A stretch of DNA of 44,978 nucleotides from Candidatus Pacearchaeota archaeon. Lineage in GTDB: Archaea; Nanobdellota; Nanobdellia; Pacearchaeales; GW2011-AR1. Of this stretch, positions 1 to 8,563 are shown piece after piece; position 1 is the stretch's first letter; the number at the start of each line of letters is the position of its first letter. A program made the translations under genes and the position numbers. The stretch is taken from the NCBI GenBank assembly GCA_023139205.1, contig JAGLOA010000005.1, forward strand, positions 1 to 44,978, written 5' to 3'. Below the pieces are notes generated by a model that was not told the origin of the DNA, made no database searches, and saw nothing but the letters and a program-made list of their open reading frames with translations.

Positions 1-147
1 TTCAGCATAGAACTACTAAAAGCCTCAATTTTAGTATTGTTTAGAAATTCTCTTTCTACTTATATTCTTGTTTTTTCTAAGATAGTTGTTATTTTATAGA
101 AGTAACATGATAGAAAAATTTATAAAGTTTAAATTTTTAGATTTGTT

Positions 148-333
148 ATGGAAAAAATTCCTATTTATAATGGGGTGGATTTTGAAAGAAGGAATGTTAT
201 TGCTTATTCTAAAGGGGATAAAAAAAGTAAATCTAATTCAAAAGAATACATCACACGGAGAGTTTTACTTTCATTTTACGATGCAACAATCTTGGTTGGA
301 GTTGCAAAAGGAATTGTAGCATTGTTAAAATAA
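148..333 (+). CDS. small hypothetical protein (61 aa)
   Basis: ORF with TTTATAAA box at 119-126, 29 nt before the ATG; no recognised motif. Confidence 0.5.
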   Translation: MEKIPIYNGVDFERRNVIAYSKGDKKSKSNSKEYITRRVLLSFYDATILVGVAKGIVALLK

Positions 334-477
334 TTCTAAGCATCCCCTCAAAAAATTATAATCCTATTTTTGACTATAACAACATTTAAAAACGAATTTT
401 ATTAGATAATTAAGTAACTGTTAGAATAAGGAAAAACTAATTCTAAGAGTAGATAGGTACAAGGAGGAAAAATTAAG

Positions 478-795
478 ATGAAAGTTTATGTAGGGAATTT
501 ACCCTTTAGTATTAATGACGAAGGATTTAAAAATCTTTTTTCAGATTATGAAACTGAAGAGATTACTCTCATTGCAGACAAGTTTTCAGGCAGATCAAAA
601 GGATTTGGTTTTGTTACTTTCAAAGATGATGAAACTGCTAAAAAAGCAATTTCAGAAATGAATGAAAAAGAAGTTGAAGGTAGAAAATTAACTGTTAATG
701 AGGCTAGACCAATTGATCCAGATAGACCTAGAAGACCTTCTAATGGAGGAAGATCTGGTGGTGGTAGAAGTTTCAACAACAATAGAAGATTCTAA
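478..795 (+). CDS. RRM-domain RNA-binding protein with RG-rich tail
   Basis: RNP2 VYVGNL, RNP1 KGFGFVTF, C-terminal GGR repeats; AGGAGG SD upstream. Confidence 0.95.
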   Translation: MKVYVGNLPFSINDEGFKNLFSDYETEEITLIADKFSGRSKGFGFVTFKDDETAKKAISEMNEKEVEGRKLTVNEARPIDPDRPRRPSNGGRSGGGRSFNNNRRF

Positions 796-840
796 AAAAA
801 TTTTAGAAAGAATTAAATAGTTTATTTTTATTTTTTATTT

Positions 841-1020
841 ATGAAAAAGAAGGTGAATAAGAAAAAAGAGGACAATGAAGCTTTATTCATTCCAGCAGGT
901 TTGTTTGTAGGAATGGGTTTAGGATTTTTATATGACCAATTGGTAGTAGGGCTTTTCATTGGACTTGGGGCAGGATTTTTATTTTTCGCAATTGCGAAAA
1001 ATTTTAGGAAGAAAAAATAA
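841..1020 (+). CDS. small membrane protein (59 aa, not in ORF track)
   Basis: My translation MKKKVNKKKEDNEALFIPAGLFVGMGLGFLYDQLVVGLFIGLGAGFLFFAIAKNFRKKK; two Gly-rich hydrophobic helices with basic flanks. Confidence 0.7.
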   Translation: MKKKVNKKKEDNEALFIPAGLFVGMGLGFLYDQLVVGLFIGLGAGFLFFAIAKNFRKKK

Positions 1021-1144
1021 TTTTTTATGAAATTAAATCCTGCATGATTTTTGTAGAGGGGAAGTTTTAGATTAATTTTTGAAAAAAAGAAGGATTTATT
1101 ATTTTCTAAGTTAAGTTTATAATAATAAAGAGCCTTTGTTTATA

Positions 1145-1942
1145 ATGAAGAAAAAATCAAAGGCAATGAAATATGCTGGGAAGAGTTTGTTGTTTGTCTT
1201 GAAAACACCTTATTATTTAGTTAAAGGAGTGTATGGTTTGAGCAAGAAAAATTCTCAAAGAATTGAAAAAAAGAAGATAGTAAAAAAGAGGAAGTTAATT
1301 ATTTCAAAATATGATGATTTTGAGAAAATTCATGTTATTTCTGGAGATTATGAAAAATGGCTTGGAGAAGTGTATGAATCAGAAAGCCAGATTGGGATAA
1401 TTCTAGGGGCAAGAGGTTCTGGGAAAACTGCGTTTGGGATTAAATTTTTAGAGAATATTTATTCAAAATATAAGAAAAATTGTTTTGCTATTGGATTTAA
1501 TGAAAATGAATTGCCCTTATGGATAAAAGCTGTTTCAGATATTTCTTTGCTGGAAAATAATTCTTTTGTGCTTATCGATGAAGGAGGGATATTATTTAAT
1601 TCCAGGAGTTCTATGAGCAATGCAAATAAAATGTTAAGTCAGTTGATAATGATTGCGAGACACAAGAACATGGGGATACTTTTTATTTCACAAAATTCAT
1701 CTAATCTAGAAGTTAATATTTTAAGGCAGGCAGATTTTCTTGTTTTAAAACCAAGTTCTTTATTGCAAAAAGAATTTGAAAGAAAAATAATTAAAAAAAT
1801 ATATTCAGAAGCAGAAGAACATTTTGATAAATTCAAAGAGAAAAAAGGAATCGCGCATATTTATTCTGGAAATTTCAGAGGTTTTATTTGCAACCCTCTG
1901 CCAAGTTTTTGGAAGGAAAATATAAGCAAGTCATTTAAGTGA
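1145..1942 (+). CDS. P-loop ATPase, Zot/FtsK-HerA-like
   Basis: Walker A GARGSGKT, Walker B VLIDEG, ARHKN...ISQ motif; ATG at 1145 preferred over TTG 1136. Confidence 0.75.
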   Translation: MKKKSKAMKYAGKSLLFVLKTPYYLVKGVYGLSKKNSQRIEKKKIVKKRKLIISKYDDFEKIHVISGDYEKWLGEVYESESQIGIILGARGSGKTAFGIKFLENIYSKYKKNCFAIGFNENELPLWIKAVSDISLLENNSFVLIDEGGILFNSRSSMSNANKMLSQLIMIARHKNMGILFISQNSSNLEVNILRQADFLVLKPSSLLQKEFERKIIKKIYSEAEEHFDKFKEKKGIAHIYSGNFRGFICNPLPSFWKENISKSFK

Positions 1943-1976
1943 AAAGTTTTAAAAAGGGATTTTTGTATGGAGGAAT

Positions 1977-2414
1977 ATGGCAATTAAACAAGGAAATAAA
2001 GTTAAGATTGAATACGAAGGGAAATTTGAGACTGGGGAAGTTTTTGATTCTTCTAATCGTGGAGATGTTTCTAATCCAATAGAATTTGAAGTTGGTGCTG
2101 GCAAAGTGATTAAAGGTTTTGATGAAGCAGTAATTGGAATGGAAGAAGGTCAGGAAAAAGAGTTTTCTATGAATCCTGAAGATGGTTATGGAGAAGTTAA
2201 ACCTGAGTTAAAGAAAGAAGTTCCTCGAAGTGCTCTTCCTGAGGGGCAAGAACCTCAAGTTGGAATGGGTTTAATGATGACTGCTCCAACAGGACAGCAA
2301 ATACCTGCAAAAATAATTGAAGTTGATAAAGAGAAAATTGTTTTAGATTTAAATCATCCTCTTGCCGGGAAAAAATTGAATTTTAAAATAAAGGTTGTTG
2401 GGATTAGCGATTAG
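1977..2414 (+). CDS. slyD: FKBP-type peptidyl-prolyl isomerase (SlyD-like)
   Basis: GEVFDSS, VIKGFDEA, PEDGYG, LDLNHPLAGKKLNF. Confidence 0.95.
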   Translation: MAIKQGNKVKIEYEGKFETGEVFDSSNRGDVSNPIEFEVGAGKVIKGFDEAVIGMEEGQEKEFSMNPEDGYGEVKPELKKEVPRSALPEGQEPQVGMGLMMTAPTGQQIPAKIIEVDKEKIVLDLNHPLAGKKLNFKIKVVGISD

Positions 2415-2478
2415 GTTTTTTATTTAGAAAAGACTAGGATTAGAAAAGTTTAAATAATTTTAATTAATAAAGTAAGCT

Positions 2479-2676
2479 ATGGAATTCAAACCAAATTTTT
2501 GGAAAGTTATCTTATCTTTAATAGGAGGATTGATAGTTATTCCTTTTCTTTTTGGTTTAATAATTGAATTAACTACAAATAATGCAGAGATTCAAGGTAA
2601 TTCTCCAATGATTATTGCAATTATAGGAATATTCCTAATTTACATTATTTGGAGTTTATTACAAAAAAATAGATAA
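2479..2676 (+). CDS. small membrane protein (2 TM)
   Basis: Two hydrophobic segments; TATA at 2449. Confidence 0.7.
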   Translation: MEFKPNFWKVILSLIGGLIVIPFLFGLIIELTTNNAEIQGNSPMIIAIIGIFLIYIIWSLLQKNR

Positions 2677-2800
2677 TTCCAGAATCCTTAGATTATATGC
2701 CAGACATCTTAAATTAATTTTTTATTTATTTGTTTTTATTTTGAAAGATTTATATAGTTTTTTATCTTTAATATTTACGTAAAAGGGGGTATAAAAAGAG

Positions 2801-3010
2801 ATGATAAAATTTTGGAAAAAGAGGCTTAAAAAATTAGATGTCTTTGATATTGGATTGATTAAGTGGAGTGTTGTAGCTTTTACTTTGTTTGTTATAACAA
2901 TTTGGCCAGCAGCAATGATTTGGGTACATTCAATGAATCCTTGGTATTTTTTAATAGTGGCTGTTATAATTGCTGCAAGACCGATTTATAGAGTTTATAT
3001 TAAGAAATAA
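2801..3010 (+). CDS. small membrane protein (2 TM)
   Basis: Hydrophobic segments with basic termini. Confidence 0.75.
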   Translation: MIKFWKKRLKKLDVFDIGLIKWSVVAFTLFVITIWPAAMIWVHSMNPWYFLIVAVIIAARPIYRVYIKK

Positions 3011-3166
3011 TTAAACATTAGATAATTTCTTTTTCATTAATTCTTTTTGATTTAAATATAATAGTATCACTGCTCCAATTATAAAGAGCCAATCAACTAA
3101 AAAAGTTAGAGCTAGGAAACCTAATGCGATTATTGAGAAGATTATTACTTTTGGATTTGGTTTCAT
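3011..3166 (-). CDS. small membrane protein (51 aa, not in ORF track)
   Basis: My translation MKPNPKVIIFSIIALGFLALTFLVDWLFIIGAVILLYLNQKELMKKKLSNV; ATG overlaps the upstream TGA (ATGA). Confidence 0.7.
   Translation of the reverse strand: MKPNPKVIIFSIIALGFLALTFLVDWLFIIGAVILLYLNQKELMKKKLSNV
3149..3166. repeat. 18-bp direct repeat, copy 1 (TTTTGGATTTGGTTTCAT)
   Basis: Exact match to 3750-3767; equals the first 6 codons of the 3011-3166 gene. Confidence 0.9.
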
Positions 3167-3369
3167 TTTAATTTTTCTTCAATTATTTGTGAAATTGGCT
3201 TGCCTGTTTTTTCTCTAAGTTTCTTAAGTTTATTTATTATTCCCACTGACAAAGTTATATCTATTCTCTTTCTCTGAAATGGAAGTTCTCTAGTTTTGTC
3301 GTAATTTTCAAGAGCCTCAAATACATCTTTGTATTCTTTCAAAATTTTTTTAATTTCACTTAATTGCAT
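3163..3369 (-). CDS. putative antitoxin / ribbon-helix-helix protein
   Basis: KRIDITLS...IINKLKKL...KPISQIIE RHH-like pattern; overlaps the Doc gene. Confidence 0.65.
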   Translation of the reverse strand: MQLSEIKKILKEYKDVFEALENYDKTRELPFQRKRIDITLSVGIINKLKKLREKTGKPISQIIEEKLK

Positions 3370-3709
3370 TTTTTAATCTCCATTCTATATTTCTTATTTT
3401 ATGAATATTATTCTTTGATATTGAGATTATGTGATGAAGTAATAAATCTCTATCTGCTTCTTTATTGTATTTATTTGCAAAAGCTAAACAGACGAATGTT
3501 GCAGTTCTTTTGTTTCCATCTGAGAATGGATGATCAACTAAAATTGCCCTTACTAAATATGCTAATTTATTATAAGGACCTAATTTTTTTTCCTGTAGTT
3601 TATCAAATGCAAAGTCAATACTTGAATCGCTTCTAAGAGTTCCGCCAAATCCTTTGTTGATTCTTAATAAATTTTCTTTGCTTATTATCTCACTAATATC
3701 CATACACAT
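3356..3709 (-). CDS. Doc-type Fic-family toxin
   Basis: HPFSDGNKRT motif (Doc-like K variant), 117 aa. Confidence 0.9.
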   Translation of the reverse strand: MCMDISEIISKENLLRINKGFGGTLRSDSSIDFAFDKLQEKKLGPYNKLAYLVRAILVDHPFSDGNKRTATFVCLAFANKYNKEADRDLLLHHIISISKNNIHKIRNIEWRLKNAIK

Positions 3710-3749
3710 AAATAATTGTTAGTTATTTATAAATCTTTCTATTGAAACA

Positions 3750-3767
3750 TTTTGGATTTGGTTTCAT
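3750..3767. repeat. 18-bp direct repeat, copy 2
   Basis: Exact match to 3149-3166. Confidence 0.9.
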
Positions 3768-3847
3768 GTTTTAGGGGAGTATTTATTTATTCTTTAAACT
3801 TAAACCCGATAAACTTTAAATAATGTACTTTCTCTTGATTTTGTAAG

Positions 3848-4423
3848 ATGAAAAAGAATTTTTCTTTTATTTTTTTAGGCATGACCCATGGTTTTATTGA
3901 TGATTTTAATAAACAAAAAAAACTTATTAAAGAAATAAAACCTGAGTTTATTTTCTCTGAAGATATGCAGGATATTTCACTTATTTCTATTGGAGATTAT
4001 TCTTCTTTTTTACAAAATAAAAAACATTCTTTGATGACTTCTTTTGGAGATGTTGAAAAATTAGTTTCTATATACAAAGAGGACAACATCAAATTAATTG
4101 GGATTGATTTTGAGAATTTTGGATTTTCTGAGAAAATTGCGAATAAAATTAATAATAAAGAAGAAATAACAAAAGAAGAGGAAAAAGAAATAGAAAAATT
4201 AGTGGATAAAAGAGAAGAATACCATATTAAAAAAATATCTAATCAGAATAATTTATCAAAAAAACCAATTTTGGTATTTCTTGGTTCTTGGCATTTGAGA
4301 AGCGAGGGTTTAATTGTAAATAAGATTAAAAATTCAAAGATTATATTTCCCGCAAACAAAAAAGGTGAAATGGTTTTAGAACCAACAAAAGATAAAATTG
4401 TTTACATGGAGAAAAATATATGA
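3848..4423 (+). CDS. EreA/ChaN/TraB(Tiki)-like superfamily protein
   Basis: FLGMTH, IFSED, GID, RE and LVFLGSWHL in the order typical of this fold. Confidence 0.55.
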   Translation: MKKNFSFIFLGMTHGFIDDFNKQKKLIKEIKPEFIFSEDMQDISLISIGDYSSFLQNKKHSLMTSFGDVEKLVSIYKEDNIKLIGIDFENFGFSEKIANKINNKEEITKEEEKEIEKLVDKREEYHIKKISNQNNLSKKPILVFLGSWHLRSEGLIVNKIKNSKIIFPANKKGEMVLEPTKDKIVYMEKNI

Positions 4424-4485
4424 TAAAAGAATTATTATATGTTTTGGAAGAAAAGATTTAAATAAAAGTTTTTTATTAAATAAAT

Positions 4486-4878
4486 ATGAAAAAGAGGGTT
4501 GGTGGAGAAGTTAGGGTATCACAGAAGTTTGTAACTGCACTTGCCATTGTGAGTATACTTGGGTTTTTGGGAATTATGAGCCAAAGTTTTTTTGGATTTG
4601 ATTCAGGTGAATATATTGAATGTTTTCTTATGTTGATAATTGGGTCTGGATTGATAATAGAAGCGAAGGTAAAAAAATTAAAGTCTCTTTCAAAGGGGAT
4701 AACGTCGAGCAATATAACTCATCTAACAACTGTGATTATTGGTTTGATTGCAATTGTTGCCGGAGTTTTTAGTTTCCCATTGATAAGAATAGTCAATCCT
4801 TCTTTTCTTGCGATAAAAGGAATAATCAGCATAATTGCGATTGTTGTTATTATAATTCAGACCTGGGTTATTGATTAG
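4486..4878 (+). CDS. membrane protein (4 TM)
   Basis: Four hydrophobic segments. Confidence 0.8.
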   Translation: MKKRVGGEVRVSQKFVTALAIVSILGFLGIMSQSFFGFDSGEYIECFLMLIIGSGLIIEAKVKKLKSLSKGITSSNITHLTTVIIGLIAIVAGVFSFPLIRIVNPSFLAIKGIISIIAIVVIIIQTWVID

Positions 4879-4912
4879 GGAGATTTATAATTATTGAATA
4901 TTTATAATTCTT

Positions 4913-5578
4913 ATGAAAATAAAAGATCTTCCAAAACAAAATAGGCCAAGAGAAAGATTTCTAAAACATGGACCTGAAGTTTTGAGTGATGCTGAACTTT
5001 TTGCAATCTTTTTGAGGACAGGAACAATAAATGAAAATGTTATTGATATGTCAAATAGGTTAATTGCAGAATATGGGTTGGATAAATTATTTGAATGTTC
5101 ATTAAAAGAACTCCAAGAAATAAAAGGCATTGGTCCAGGTAAAGCAATGCAAATTTTAACAATAGCAGAACTCCAAAAACGTATTAATCAATCTAAAAAA
5201 CCAATTAAGAAAATCATTTGTGCAGAAGATGTTTTTAATTTATTTCATGAAAGATTAAAAGACAAAAAAGAAGAGCATTTTTATGTTTTGATTTTAAATA
5301 CTCAGAATATAATTATTGGCGAAGAATTGGTGAGCAAGGGCATTTTAGATGCTTCGATTATTCATCCAAGAGAAATATTTAAACCTGCAATTAAAAATTC
5401 TGCCAGTAAAATAATTCTTTTGCATAATCATCCTTCAGGAAATCCAAATCCAAGTCCAGAAGATTTAGAGATAACTAAAAAATTAATGAATGTTGGGAAC
5501 GAAGTAGAAATAAAAGTTTTGGATCATGTTATTATTGGTGATGGGAAATTTTGGAGTTGGGTTGAGAAGAAAGATTAA
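4913..5578 (+). CDS. radC: RadC family JAB/MPN-domain protein
   Basis: RPRERF, LSDAEL, HhH IKGIG, HPRE, HNHPSG...D, VLDHVII. Confidence 0.97.
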   Translation: MKIKDLPKQNRPRERFLKHGPEVLSDAELFAIFLRTGTINENVIDMSNRLIAEYGLDKLFECSLKELQEIKGIGPGKAMQILTIAELQKRINQSKKPIKKIICAEDVFNLFHERLKDKKEEHFYVLILNTQNIIIGEELVSKGILDASIIHPREIFKPAIKNSASKIILLHNHPSGNPNPSPEDLEITKKLMNVGNEVEIKVLDHVIIGDGKFWSWVEKKD

Positions 5579-5784
5579 ACTGAACAATAAGGCAACTTAT
5601 TTTTTAATCTTTTTTGCTCTTGTTTAAAATGTTTTTTGCATAAATAACACCAACCAGAATCTTTGTTTTTCTTTCCTAAATCTGGATAAACTTCTTTATA
5701 TGCAATATTTTTGCATTTTCCTTCATAATCACATAATGGTCTTCTTTTTCCATTAACAATTTTATGTCTTACAGTTGATTTCAT
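5575..5784 (-). CDS. small putative Zn-binding protein
   Basis: C-x5-C ... WCYLCKKH; ATG at 5784 preferred to the 5808 start. Confidence 0.65.
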   Translation of the reverse strand: MKSTVRHKIVNGKRRPLCDYEGKCKNIAYKEVYPDLGKKNKDSGWCYLCKKHFKQEQKRLKNKLPYCSV

Positions 5785-6382
5785 TATTTTTTTTAAAATA
5801 CCATTCAAACATGTCTTTTCTTAACTTTGCCATTCGACCATCTGGGTGTGTGAAAACAATCCCTTCAATAAATCCTTCTTTATTTCCTTTCATACACGAA
5901 TATAGAGGTAATAATTCTTTGAACCATTCTGAAATTGTTTTGAAGTCTTTAGGATATTTTCCCCATGATTTAAATTTTAAATGTTTCTGACAAAATCCTG
6001 AAAAAGGTATCCACAAATGTTCTTCTAATTTGTAAGGATTGCCATTTACTCTTGGACCAATTAATTCTCCGAAGTGTTGACCATCTCCCAAAAATTCTAA
6101 ATACCCTCGCTCTTTTGAATTTAATATCCCTTCTATTAACCATTTCTTTCCTTTGTTAATGAAAGGAATTCTCTCAGTTCGATTAAAAACAGCAATGACT
6201 GTTCCTTCCTGAATCAAAATACTTACATTAGTTCCATGCAATTTCTCAATGGCCATTACAGAATCATCTTCAAAAACCCAATTATATCCTGCTACAATTA
6301 AATCTTTTACAACATAATTTCCATCTTTCATAACTCTTACAAAAGGACTTTCAATTTTCGGCATATCTTTAATTTTTTGCAT
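5762..6382 (-). CDS. ATP-dependent RNA ligase, RLIG1(C12orf29)/DUF5565-like
   Basis: Motif I EKLHGTN, GELIGP, EGIVF.HPDGRMAK; N-terminal MPKIESPF; no OB domain. Confidence 0.8.
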   Translation of the reverse strand: MQKIKDMPKIESPFVRVMKDGNYVVKDLIVAGYNWVFEDDSVMAIEKLHGTNVSILIQEGTVIAVFNRTERIPFINKGKKWLIEGILNSKERGYLEFLGDGQHFGELIGPRVNGNPYKLEEHLWIPFSGFCQKHLKFKSWGKYPKDFKTISEWFKELLPLYSCMKGNKEGFIEGIVFTHPDGRMAKLRKDMFEWYFKKNNEINCKT

Positions 6383-6407
6383 TTTTGACTTTATTTAATT
6401 AAGAATA

Positions 6408-6561
6408 GCCTGCAAGAATATTGCAGGCAACAAATTAAAATTTAACCTAAGCAGAATTAATCTGTAAGGAACCGGCAACATGGCCTTGGTTTATTTTTGT
6501 TATTTAATATCTGTTGATGCACATGGCATCTTTTTTTCTCTACAGATTTATCTATTAATTC
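6408..6561 (-). ncRNA. candidate structured RNA element upstream of the RNA ligase
   Basis: Closing stem 6461-6466/6541-6546 (extendable 6454-6460/6555-6561) enclosing hairpins 6470-6491 and 6516-6530; separate 8-bp hairpin 6408-6428; strand uncertain. Confidence 0.45.
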
Positions 6562-6571
6562 AAAAACAAAT

Positions 6572-6919
6572 TTATGATTTAATGGTGGGTGATGTTTTTG
6601 AAATTTCTTCAATAGATTTTGATGCTTCTTCAATTGCTTTAATCTGTTCATCCAATACTTTTTCTTTATATTCCATTTGCTCTTTTAAATTTTCAAACTC
6701 TTGTTTAGACCTGTCGATTTCTAATTCCTTTTTTCTTTCTTCCCTTTTAATATCTTCCTGGATATCTTTTTTCCAGTTTTCCAATTCTTTTTTTAATTTA
6801 CCAATTTTCTGTTCTTTCTTTTTTACATCTTCTTTAAGATTAGATTTAGAATTCATAATCCCTAATTTTCTTTTGATTAATCTTTCAACAATACTATATC
6901 TTGATTGGCTCTCACTCAT
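6572..6919 (-). CDS. coiled-coil protein
   Basis: K/E-rich heptad pattern, 115 aa. Confidence 0.8.
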   Translation of the reverse strand: MSESQSRYSIVERLIKRKLGIMNSKSNLKEDVKKKEQKIGKLKKELENWKKDIQEDIKREERKKELEIDRSKQEFENLKEQMEYKEKVLDEQIKAIEEASKSIEEISKTSPTIKS

Positions 6920-6983
6920 TGTATATCTTAAAATTTTGTAAAACTTAAATAATTAATGTGTAAGTTTTTGCACCCCCAAAAAA

Positions 6984-6991
6984 TTTAAATA
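6984..6991 (+). promoter_or_regulatory. TATA box (TTTAAATA) with A-rich BRE, no downstream ORF
   Basis: 28 nt before the stem start at 7012, the same spacing as the rnpB promoter (29837 to 29865). Confidence 0.65.
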
Positions 6992-7011
6992 CTCCAGGAT
7001 ACTTTATTTTA

Positions 7012-7103
7012 TGTAAGTGGATCGGTTCCGTAAAAGGTTTATTTATATAAACTGACCAACGCTCATGCGTGTGATTGGTTGGGAAGACCGCTAATCGCTT
7101 ACA
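7012..7103 (+). ncRNA. candidate ~92-nt structured ncRNA, unknown family
   Basis: TGTAAGTG/CGCTTACA terminal stem, CGGT/ACCG, two internal hairpins, G-U pairs favour +, own TATA, T-rich 3' flank. Confidence 0.6.
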
Positions 7104-7105
7104 AT

Positions 7106-7387
7106 TTATTTTCTTTTAATCCATTGTTTTGGGGTTAACGCAAAATCATTTAAACCTGCGATTTTTTTAAACCCGTCAAATTCCACGGGATTAAAATTCT
7201 TATTATAAATACTCTCCCACAATCCTAAAAATTCCCTAGTATTACGATTACGAATCCAATTTCTTATAACATCGTCTGACCTTTGATTATCTTTGTAACC
7301 AGCAATATCTGTTAAACAAATGTAGTCTTTTTCATCTTGTAAAATTATATTAACATCTTTGTTTAACACTCTCGATCTTTCATTCAT
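7106..7387 (-). pseudogene. truncated KilA-N domain protein
   Basis: DYICLTDIA, IRNWIRNRNT.EFLGLWE, FNPVEFDGF; stops at TPKQWI, mid-domain. Confidence 0.8.
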
Positions 7388-8265
7388 CCCCTAATCTCCA
7401 TTTCAACCAACTTCTTCTTTTTCTTTTTCTCCCTAATCTTCTTCTCTTCATCTAATAAGTAATTTTCATCACTAACAACATCTTCTCCAGTTTCTTGTTC
7501 TAATTCTTCTCTTGCATTTTTTGCAATCTTTCCACCTTTTCTAGAAACATTAATATGCTCTTCAAATTCTTCTGGATTTTGTGTTCTTTCAATTTCTGCT
7601 GTAGATGCCTCTCCAAGCATACCAAAAATCAATTCCAAATCAGTCATATGGTCTCTCAGGTTTTCTTTATCTAATCCTTTAAATTTTTTATATTCATTTG
7701 GAGTCATTCCAAAACTGGCTTTAGAAATTTCTGCTGTTAAAATTGCAAAATCACTTTGTTCTCTCGTGCCCTTTAGGGTATCAACTCCTCTTATTTTCCA
7801 TTCATCAGTTAAATCCTGCCGAACTGCAATCCCTCTTAATCTTTTATCAATCCACATTTTAGAATATCCTTTTTTCTCATAAATTTCTTTCATTCTCTCT
7901 TGAGCTAACTCTGGGTTTTCTATTTCCTGAACTCTTTCATAACCAACTTTTGCAAGCCATCTCTTAAACGGCTCTGCTTTTTTTGATGGGATTGACTGGA
8001 TTATTCGGAAAATACCTTCTGTATCTGCACAATTCATTAATTGTTTCCCTCCTTTTGTATGGATTAAAAGGGTATGTACAATTTGTACCCATCCTTCTGC
8101 TAAAATTTCATCTCTTTGCTTTATTTTTTGGATATATTGCTTAGGGTCTTTTGAGTAAGTTAAAACAGAAATAATATCCTCCAGAACAAACCACCATCTT
8201 TCAGCATACCAAGTTTTTCTTATAGCCTTTCCATTAAATATAGCTATATGTGTTTCTTCTTTCAT
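7384..8265 (-). CDS. Bro-N (phage antirepressor-like) protein
   Basis: IRKTW...WWFVLEDII, GGKQ, RIIQSIPSKKAEPFKRWLA, NLRDHMTDLEL. Confidence 0.9.
   Translation of the reverse strand: MKEETHIAIFNGKAIRKTWYAERWWFVLEDIISVLTYSKDPKQYIQKIKQRDEILAEGWVQIVHTLLIHTKGGKQLMNCADTEGIFRIIQSIPSKKAEPFKRWLAKVGYERVQEIENPELAQERMKEIYEKKGYSKMWIDKRLRGIAVRQDLTDEWKIRGVDTLKGTREQSDFAILTAEISKASFGMTPNEYKKFKGLDKENLRDHMTDLELIFGMLGEASTAEIERTQNPEEFEEHINVSRKGGKIAKNAREELEQETGEDVVSDENYLLDEEKKIREKKKKKKLVEMEIRG
7763..7783 (-). repeat. 21-bp palindromic element in frame in the Bro-N gene (TGATACCCTAAAGGGCACGAG)
   Basis: 19/21 identical to 33347-33367; encodes DTLKGT. Confidence 0.8.
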
Positions 8266-8280
8266 TTTTGTTTTATTCTC

Positions 8281-8493
8281 TTAAACTTTAAATTTATTTG
8301 TATTTTTCTTGCCATCCAGATAAGTTATAATAATCTTTCTTGCTTTTTCATCTTCTGCAAGATAAGAATAAAGTTCTTTTCCTTTCTCCAGATTGCACCC
8401 TTCAACTACTAGTTTATTAATTGAAATATATGCTGTTGCTCTTTTGAAAATTATCCTGCTTTTCCAGCCAATTCCAAGAGGTTTAAGTTTCAT
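8281..8493 (-). CDS. AbrB/SpoVT-like small protein
   Basis: YISINKLVVEGCNLEKGKEL resembles the swapped-hairpin signature. Confidence 0.6.
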   Translation of the reverse strand: MKLKPLGIGWKSRIIFKRATAYISINKLVVEGCNLEKGKELYSYLAEDEKARKIIITYLDGKKNTNKFKV

Positions 8494-8502
8494 AGATTAT
8501 TT

Positions 8503-8535
8503 AGGCACCTCAATTATATAAACTTTTTGGTGCCT
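8503..8535. promoter_or_regulatory. inverted-repeat operator AGGCACC...GGTGCCT around divergent TATA boxes
   Basis: 7-bp arms at 8503-8509 and 8529-8535 flank the minus-strand TTTATATA; + strand TTTATATA at 8541. Confidence 0.6.
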
Positions 8536-8563
8536 CAAAATTTATATATTAAAAAAACATTAT

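Noticed and set aside
7012-7103. Resemblance to a cobalamin riboswitch, tRNA-Met or hammerhead
   Set aside because: Lacks the B12 core, T-arm/cloverleaf and CUGANGA/GAAA; no downstream gene on that strand.
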